Shown: piece after piece, positions 11,782 through 18,750 of the stretch
Position numbering within the stretch: position 1 is the stretch's first letter
Layout: the number at the start of each line of letters is the position of its first letter
NCBI GenBank assembly: GCA_051294375.1
Contig: JBJCIZ010001013.1
Span: 1-18,750 of the forward strand
Direction of reading: 5' to 3'
Origin: Paraspadella gotoi
Lineage: Eukaryota > Animalia > Chaetognatha
Length of the DNA stretch: 18,750 nt
Position numbers and translations under genes: made by a program
The notes under the pieces: model-generated
Databases searched by the model: none
Told to the model about the DNA's origin: nothing
Seen by the model: the letters and a program-made list of their open reading frames with translations, nothing else

Positions 11782-12269
11782 ATCCGCCACGAACGCCTTC
11801 GCCTCCGCCTTCTCCGCCTCCTCCCGGTCGACGCCCGGGAATTCGAACCCGTCACCCTCCCCCTTCGACAAGAAATCTCCGCTCGAACTCGAATCTGAAT
11901 CAAAATCATTCGTCAACTTCAAACAACGATTGCTCTCCTCCTCCTCCTCCTCCTCNNNNNNNNNNNNNNNNNNNNNNNNNNNNNNNNNNNNNNNNNNNNN
12001 NNNNNNNNNNNNCACCTCCCTCATTCGTTCCCCCAAATTCGCCGTCCCTTCTCGAATTTCCCCCATTAAAAACAAATGTAAACAAACCGAGAAATAATGT
12101 AAACAATGAAATAAACATTCGCGGGAACGACAACAACAACGACGAAGACGTCAATATCGAANNNNNNNNNNAATCGTCAACGTCTCCGGAGGCAGCGAAT
12201 CCCACTCGGCCTTCAATCCCGCTCCCTCTCCCCTCTCGTTTCTCGAAACCTACCCCCGATAATTTCTCT
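11782..12269 (+). CDS. pol: pol fragment: Pro/Ser/Asn-rich integrase C-terminal extension, copy B
   Basis: PPRTPSPPPSPPPPGRRPG...NNVNNEINIRGNDNNND; matches 7646-8140, which lies downstream of the GPY motif. Confidence 0.65.
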
Positions 12270-12882
12270 CCGATTCTCGGAGGTTTAGATTTGACTGTTG
12301 ATCATGTTCGTTCACGTGTCGATTTTGCTATCAAGACGTGTTGCCAAGACCGCCCGCGTACAAGAGCGTGATTCGAATTATGACTCGCTTGGTGAGTTAG
12401 GGCGTGGCTCCGCGCATACAGAGANNNNNNNNNNNNNNNNNNNNNNNNNNNNNNNNNNNNNNNNNNNNNNNNNNNNNNNNNNNNNNNNNNNNNNNNNNNN
12501 NNNNNNNNNNNNNNNNNNNNNNNNNNNNNNNNNNNNNNNNNNNNNNNNNNNNNNNNNNNNNNNNNNNNNNNNNNNNNNNNNNNNNNNNNNNNNNNNNNNN
12601 NNNNNNNNNNNNNNNAAATCATCGCCACCGTTCTATTCTGAAATATCAACATCGAAACTTGGATGTTACCAAAACAAAGTTTTACTCGTTATTAATTTGA
12701 AACAAATTTTATTCGTTACTCGATTTTAATTTAGAACAAACTTTTTCAAACGTTAAATGATTTAACAAATGTTAAATCCCGATTAAGCCTTTTTCAAAAT
12801 GCAGAAAATTTAATTTCGAATTCTGCAAAACTAAATTTCATTTAGATAAACTGCACGAAAATATTTTCCCCCACTTTTATCT

Positions 12883-12890
12883 AGGGGGCG
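12883..12890 (+). promoter_or_regulatory. Polypurine tract AGGGGGCG
   Basis: Immediately precedes LTR TGTAG; degenerate equivalent at ~8692-8700. Confidence 0.7.
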
Positions 12891-13321
12891 TGTAGCCTCG
12901 AACCCAGGCACCAAAATAATAATTAATAAATACTATATAATTAATTTACATCGAACCGATTATATTAATATGTACTATTAACCATGTTCTACTTATATAA
13001 ATTATTTCCAATAATATTACCTGATAAATGAGATGCCCATCGCTGGATTCGAACCAGCGACCTATCGGATCCGAGCCATCCATCTTACCATCCGCCGGGC
13101 ACTTTTACCTGAAACAACCAAACAGAGAATAATGATATTCTCAATCTGCTGCTATTTCGATGCTCTTTGTTATACTTAGCGATATAAGGCGGTTATTACT
13201 AGAACTATTAAATCAAGATGGATGATTTAAATAGCAGACGACTTTATTAACGTTTTGGCTCTCTATTCGGTTCTTATTCAATTCCTGTTTTTATCTTATC
13301 GTGCCTGGTGTCTCATCTACA
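12891..13321 (+). repeat. LTR (431 bp), TGTAG...CTACA
   Basis: 5-bp terminal inverted repeat; collinear with 15060-15500; TATATAAA and ATTAAA inside. Confidence 0.92.
13034..13101 (-). ncRNA. tRNA-like element inside LTR
   Basis: Minus strand AGGTC GCTGG TTCGAAT CCAGC: variable-loop-like segment plus perfect T-arm with B-box. Confidence 0.45.
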
Positions 13322-13386
13322 ACTAGGAGCCCAACCTAGCCTAACCTATAGTTCCCAACCCTATGCAACATTACCTTTTTACGACC

Positions 13387-13565
13387 AACCCTAACCTCTA
13401 CCCTAACCCTCTAACCCTAACCTCTTTTCCTACCCACCCTACCCCTAACTCCCCTAACCCTAACCTTAACCCTAACCACCCTAACCCTAAACCCTACAAC
13501 CCTAAACCCTAACCCTAACCCTAACCCTAACCCCTATAACCCTAACCCTAACCCTAACCCTAACC

Positions 13566-13599
<34 letters not shown>

Positions 13600-13935
13600 C
13601 TAACCCCTAACCCTAACCCTAACCTAACCCTAACCCTAACCCTAACCCTAACCCTAACCCCTAACCCTAATACCCTAACCCTAACCTCTCAACCCTAACC
13701 CTAACCCTAACCCTAACCCTAACCTAACCCTAACCCCCTAACCCCTAACCCTAACCTAACCTACCTAACCCCTAACCCTAACCCTAACCCTAACCCCTAA
13801 CCCTAACCCTAACCCTAACCCCTAACCCTAACCCCTAACCCTAACCCCCCCCTAACCCTAACCCCTACCCTAACCCTAACCCTAACCCTACTAACCCTAA
13901 CCCTAACCCCTAACCCTAACCCTAACCCTAACCCC

Positions 13936-13966
<31 letters not shown>

Positions 13967-14124
13967 TACCTAAACCCTTACCCTAACCCTAACCCTAACC
14001 CTACCCTAACCCTAAACCCTATCCCTAACCTAACCCTAACCCTAACCCTAACCCTAACCCTAACCTAACCTAACCCTAACCCTAACCCTAACCCTAACCC
14101 CCCCTAACCCTACCCTAACCCTAA

Positions 14125-14159
<35 letters not shown>

Positions 14160-14328
14160 CCCCTAACCCTAACCCTAACCCTAACCCTAACCCTAACCCT
14201 AACCCTAACCCTAACCCTAACCCTAACCTAACCCTAAACCCAACCTAACCCTAACCCTAACCCTAACCCACCCTAACCCTAACCCAACCCCTAACCCTAA
14301 CCCTAACCCTAACCCTAACCCTAACCCT
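13387..14328 (-). repeat. Telomeric repeat (CCCTAA)n on +, i.e. (TTAGGG)n on -
   Basis: ~940 bp hexamer array with indel noise and degenerate edges (back to ~13330, out to ~14366). Confidence 0.97.
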
Positions 14329-14924
14329 CCTAATACCTTACACCAACAACACTTAACCCCCTACCCTGTAGAATCGAACCTTAGTAATTTTCAGCCACAG
14401 TTGATCCTCGACGCCTTAACACCCAATTCGGATAGAAGTTTTATCAATTATTTTAACTTTTATTTATATTTTAAAATAAGTTATTAAATTATTTCAAAAT
14501 AATTAATAAAAACCGTCGCGACCTGGCCTTGAACTCAGGATTTTCTATCCACTCGTTATGTCTTAAGCCAGATCCGCCCCCTCGGAACCATGCTTTTTAG
14601 TTTACTCCTGTAATTTGTTACTACTCCAAAAGTCTCCCTTTCTGTTATAAATAATTTCCTATTGCAAATGAATTGATTCTTTATGTATCTTTAAACAAAG
14701 AACAACTTGGCCAAAATATCCCATAAGCAGAGTACACTGGGAGTTTCTGGCTGAGTTTTTATTAATCATGTTTCCTTCTGTTATGTCCAGTAAAAAGTCT
14801 GCGGAAACAATTTAATCATCAGCAGGAAATTTAACCTCCTTATACACTTCGTTATTAATTTCTCTTCCAATCGTTTTCTCAATAAATTTACTGTTAAATN
14901 NNNNNNNNNNNNNNNNNNNNNNNN

Positions 14925-15059
14925 AGGGGTTAGGTTAGGGTTAGGGTTAGGGTTAGGGTTAGGGGTTAGGTTAGTGGTTAGGTTTAGGTTAGGGTTAGGG
15001 TTAGGTTAGGGTTAGGGTTATAGGGTTAGTAGGGTTAGGGTTAGGGTTAGGGTTAGGGT
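14925..15059 (+). repeat. Telomeric repeat (TTAGGG)n
   Basis: ~135 bp array after a 25-N gap, directly abutting the LTR. Confidence 0.97.
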
Positions 15060-15500
15060 TGTAGCCCTCGAACCCAGGCACCAAATAGTAATTAATAAAT
15101 ACTTAATAATTAATTTACATTGAACCGATTATATAATTTAGTACTAGTAACCATGTTCTACTTATATAAATTATTTCCGATAATATTTACCTGATAAATG
15201 GAATGCCCATCGCTGGATTCGAACCAGCGATCTCTGGATCACGAGCCGCCATCTTAACCATTATGCCGCCGGCACTTTTACTAGAAACGACCAAACAGAG
15301 AATAATGATATTCTCAGTTACTCTGCTTGTACTATCGATGCTCTTTGTTATACTAGCGTTATAGGGCGGCTATTACTCGAAGTATTAAATCAAGATGGAT
15401 GATTTAAATAGCAGACGATAATAGTTAACGTTTTGGCTTCTCTATCGGTTCTTAATCAATTCCTGTTTTTATCTTATCGGTGCCTGGTGTCTCATCTACA
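15060..15500 (+). repeat. 5' LTR of copy C (441 bp)
   Basis: TGTAG...CTACA; TATATAAA at 15163-15170 and ATTAAA at 15384-15389. Confidence 0.93.
15204..15274 (-). ncRNA. tRNA-like element inside LTR (A-box-like and B-box)
   Basis: Minus strand TGCCGGCGGCATAATGGTTAAGATG...AGATC GCTGG TTCGAAT CCAGC GATGGGCA; 71 nt; acceptor and anticodon stems imperfect. Confidence 0.5.
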
Positions 15501-15502
15501 AC

Positions 15503-15513
15503 TGGTGAGCCCA
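15503..15513 (+). promoter_or_regulatory. Primer-binding site TGGTGAGCCCA
   Basis: 2 nt after the LTR end; identical to 18-28. Confidence 0.82.
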
Positions 15514-15856
15514 ACTTAGAACTATGTCCAACCTATGCCCAAATTTTAACCTTTTTATCGACACAAATGCCTTAGGGAAACATTTCTCTACAAATAAATA
15601 GCCCTTGACGCCTTAGATTCATTTCTCTACATTCAAATAGCCCTAATTGCCTCGCTAAACTGAAACAAAACTAAATCTCGACGAAAATAGCAAGAAACAA
15701 AGAAGAATTCAACCGGGACCCACGTGGAGAAGACCAAGCGGATTTTATCTCTTCCTGAGGTAGGCAAGATCGCGTGAAAATTAGGCTGAAATACTTGCCT
15801 ATCTCTCACCACTCTTCTCCTTTCTTTTCCCCTCAAACTCGTCTTCAATCCATCGA

Positions 15857-16933
15857 ATGAGCGGACCAGCAGGCGGAACCCGTGCCCGCGCAGCACATGC
15901 CAGCATCTCTGACGACGCTCTCCCTCTCCAAAACCATCACACCGGTCGCCTTGCGCCTCCACTTCCGATTGGTTTTGGGCGAGGACATCGCTCACCGACG
16001 TCAGACGCCAATCAAACGCCTTTNNNNNNNNNNCCGAGCGCTGCCAGCATGGCGACGGCGCCAACAACGGATCCACAAGAGGATTTAATTCGCACTCTGG
16101 CGACGACTCTCGCGGCGTCACTCAACAGCCTCTCCCTCAAGAAGCCAAAGCTACCGGATTTCGNNNNNNNNNNCGTCGAGCTTTGGATTCAGAGAGTGGA
16201 GGCGGCTTACCTCCGCGCTGGAACGACGTCACCACGCGAAAAGTTCGCTCATCTAGAGGACAAATTCACTGTCGATTTTAATCCACGCATTAACGCGTTT
16301 TTATTTGGCGCAGCATCCGACGCCACATGGAACGAATTTCTAACTTACCTTCGATCTGAATATGGCCGCACCAGATCGCAGCAGGCCGCTTCATTGATCG
16401 ACGGTACCCGTCGAGAAAGCCGTCGCCCTTCACAACTGCTCGCTCTTATGAAAGAAAAGGCGGGCAAAGTGACTGTCGACGACATCCTCAAGGAATTGCT
16501 TCTGAGGGAGTTACCGCCGGAAATTCAACGCAGTCTCGCTGAACGCGTCGAAACCGTCGACGCCGAAACCACTGCTAAATTTGCTGACGCCTACTTCGAT
16601 CGAGACGGCCAACTACTGCATGCTGCAACCGCCAGCTCGATCAGTAACGTCAATTCCGGCATCACTCCACTCATGCAAGATGAGACGCCACAAAATGAAG
16701 ACGTCAACGCCATCAACCGTCAACGTCAAAGCCAATTCTCTCGGCGACCAACCAGCAGCTTCAAACGACCGTCAAACGCCGATCGAGCACCGAACAACTC
16801 TTCAACTCAGCAACAAAAAACGAAACGCGTCGACATATGTTTCTATCACCGGAAATTCGGCGACGCAGCAAAGAATTGCGAGGCAGGCTGTTACAAACAG
16901 CAGGAAAACGGGAAGGCCGGCGGGAGGAAGTNN
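15857..16933 (+). CDS. gag: Gag, copy C (~358 aa)
   Basis: KLPDF...VELWIQRVEAAY and CHCC knuckle; stop inferred at TNN 16931-16933 from the TGA in copy A1. Confidence 0.9.
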
Positions 16934-16980
16934 NNNNNNNNCCGGCCGGCCAATTCATCGACAGTAAAGATTCACTCCTC
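16903..16980 (+). promoter_or_regulatory. -1 frameshift site with candidate pseudoknot, copy C
   Basis: G_GAA_AAC at 16903-16909; stem from 16915; downstream ATTCACTCCTC complementary to the loop (loop bases taken from copy A1). Confidence 0.65.
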
Positions 16981-18750
16981 TTCGTTTACGACGCCGAGAA
17001 TCGTCNNNNNNNNNNCGTCGACGGAGGAGCTACAGTCTCCATAATTCCCCCAACTAAAGCAGAGCGGGAAAACGGAGAAACAAACACAAAGTTGAAAGCG
17101 GCAAACGGATCCACTATCTCATGCTATGGCTATAAAAACGTGAGCATCCGCTTGGGCCGACGCAGCTTCACTTTTATTGTAACGATAGCCGACGTAACAC
17201 AGCCAATCCTTGGTTCTGACTTTCTAGCAGAACACTATTTAGCTCCTAATCATCGCGACGGTTATCTCATCGATCTTATCGATTACAGCACCATCGCCGC
17301 TTCCAAGGCAAACAAACAACAGCCAATTCGAATCAATTTCATCCATCAGGCCGACGACCCTTATTACAAGCTACTCGACAGCTACCATGACTTGTGCACT
17401 CCTTCCTTCAAGCCAACGGNNNNNNNNNNTGGCGTCAAACATTACATCCCGACCACTGGTCGACCCGTTCAATCTCGAGCCCGTCGCTTGGCGCCAGACA
17501 AGCTCGAGGTCGCCAAGAAGGAACTGGATAAGCTGTGCGAGTTAGGAATCGCACGTCGAGCTAAAAGCGAATGGGCGTCGCCTCTCTTAGTAGTAAACAA
17601 GCCCGACGGAGGTCACCGCTGATTTTCGTCGACTCAATAATGCAACGGTTGATGATAAATATTCCGTTAAAACCCTCAATGACTTTAACGCCAACCTGAG
17701 CGGCAAACGTCAGTAAAATAGATTTACTGAAAGGGTATCATCAGATACCCGTGGCCGAAGAGGACGTCGCCAAGACCGGCGTTATTACTCCGTTCGGGCT
17801 CTACGTGTTTCCACGCACCCCGTTCGGATTAAAAAACGCCGGTCAAGACTTCCAGCGTCTAATGGACGAGATTCTTGACGGCCTACCCTTTCTCTTCGTC
17901 TACATAGACGACATTCTGGTGGCCTCGGAGAACCACCAACAACACGCGGAGCACCTNNNNNNNNNNNNNNNNNNNNNCCATCAAAATGGTCTTGTCGTCA
18001 ATCGACAAAAGTGTGTATTGGGCAAGTCGGAGCTCGACTTCCTTGGCTATCGAATCGACTCCAACGGCATTGCTCCACTCCCAGATAGAGTCTCCGCCAT
18101 CAATGAGACGACTCCACCCACTACAATAAAAGAATTGCAACGTTTCCTCGGACTCGTCAATTATTATCGACGATTCATTCCGAGATCGGCCCATCATCTT
18201 TATCCCTTGTTCGAAGCCTTGAAGACCAAGTCGAGACCACGCCTACTCAATTGGACAAACGAATGCCAGCAATCATTCGAATCCATCAAACTCGCTCTCT
18301 CCAAAGCCACGATGCTTCGACACCCTCGTCCAGGAGCAGCTCTAGCAGTGACTTCAGATGCCTCTAACACAGCCATCGGCGCTGTTCTCGAGCAACGCGG
18401 TCCTAAAGGCTGGGAGCCTCTCGCATTTTTTTCAGCGAAACTACAAAAAAATCAACAGATATGGCCTCCTTTCGATCGCGAGCTTCTCGCCGCGTGGAGA
18501 GCCGTGAGACACTTCAAACCGATGATCGAAGGGCGTAACTTTACTCTATATACCGATCACAAGTCACTCGTTCCCGCCCTGGCCAAGAAGACTGAGCCTC
18601 ACACTGCACGACAAACATACCAACTTGCCGGTATCGCGGAATACACGACAGATATACAATATCTAGCCGGCAAGGCCAATGTCGTCGCCGACTCGCTCTC
18701 GCGGCCAAATATCGACTTGAATCCTGATCCAAATCCCCCTTCTCTTCCCC
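16903..18750 (+). CDS. pol: Pol (protease, reverse transcriptase, RNase H), copy C; small frame breaks near 17620, 17710 and the N gap at 17957-17977
   Basis: VDGGA, SEWASPL, KIDLLKGYHQI, PFGLKNAG, YIDD (17901-17912), TSDAS (~18351), RELLA, TDHKSL, ADSLSR. Confidence 0.92.

Larger units (their letters stand above)
8701..13321 (+). mobile_element. Ty3/Gypsy LTR retrotransposon copy B (gapped, partial)
   Basis: LTR, PBS (~10082), leader, gag, PR, gap, IN tail, 3'UTR, PPT, LTR in order. Confidence 0.82.
15060..18750 (+). mobile_element. Ty3/Gypsy (CsRn1-like) LTR retrotransposon copy C, 5' part; continues beyond the window
   Basis: 5' LTR, PBS, leader, gag, PR, RT (YIDD), RNase H in order. Confidence 0.95.

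Noticed and set aside
14600-14899. Short coding-like minus-strand frames in the unique segment
   Set aside because: Short, stop-interrupted and without a recognisable motif
17600-17980. Frame breaks in copy C reverse transcriptase as inactivating mutations
   Set aside because: Short deletions in a region dotted with N patches; cannot be distinguished from assembly error

Overview
Eukaryotic, gap-ridden assembly window made almost entirely of one Ty3/Gypsy LTR-retrotransposon family with CsRn1-clade hallmarks: CHCC Gag knuckle, TGGTGA-type PBS, -1 gag/pol frameshift and PR-RT-RH-IN order. From 1 to 13321 the copies lie head-to-tail and share ~430-440 bp TGTAG...CTACA LTRs. These copies are noisy and partly broken, probably from raw long-read gap filling. 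They are followed by ~950 bp of (CCCTAA)n, a ~570 bp unique segment, a 25-N gap, and (TTAGGG)n joined precisely to the 5' LTR of a cleaner, diverged copy that runs off the window end. The main candidate novelty is an LTR retrotransposon that sits in, and may target, canonical telomeric repeats. It also has an antisense tRNA-like module in its LTR, a long Pro/Asn-rich integrase tail and a D-G-G protease motif. Assembly artefacts are abundant, so every junction-based claim needs read-level confirmation.
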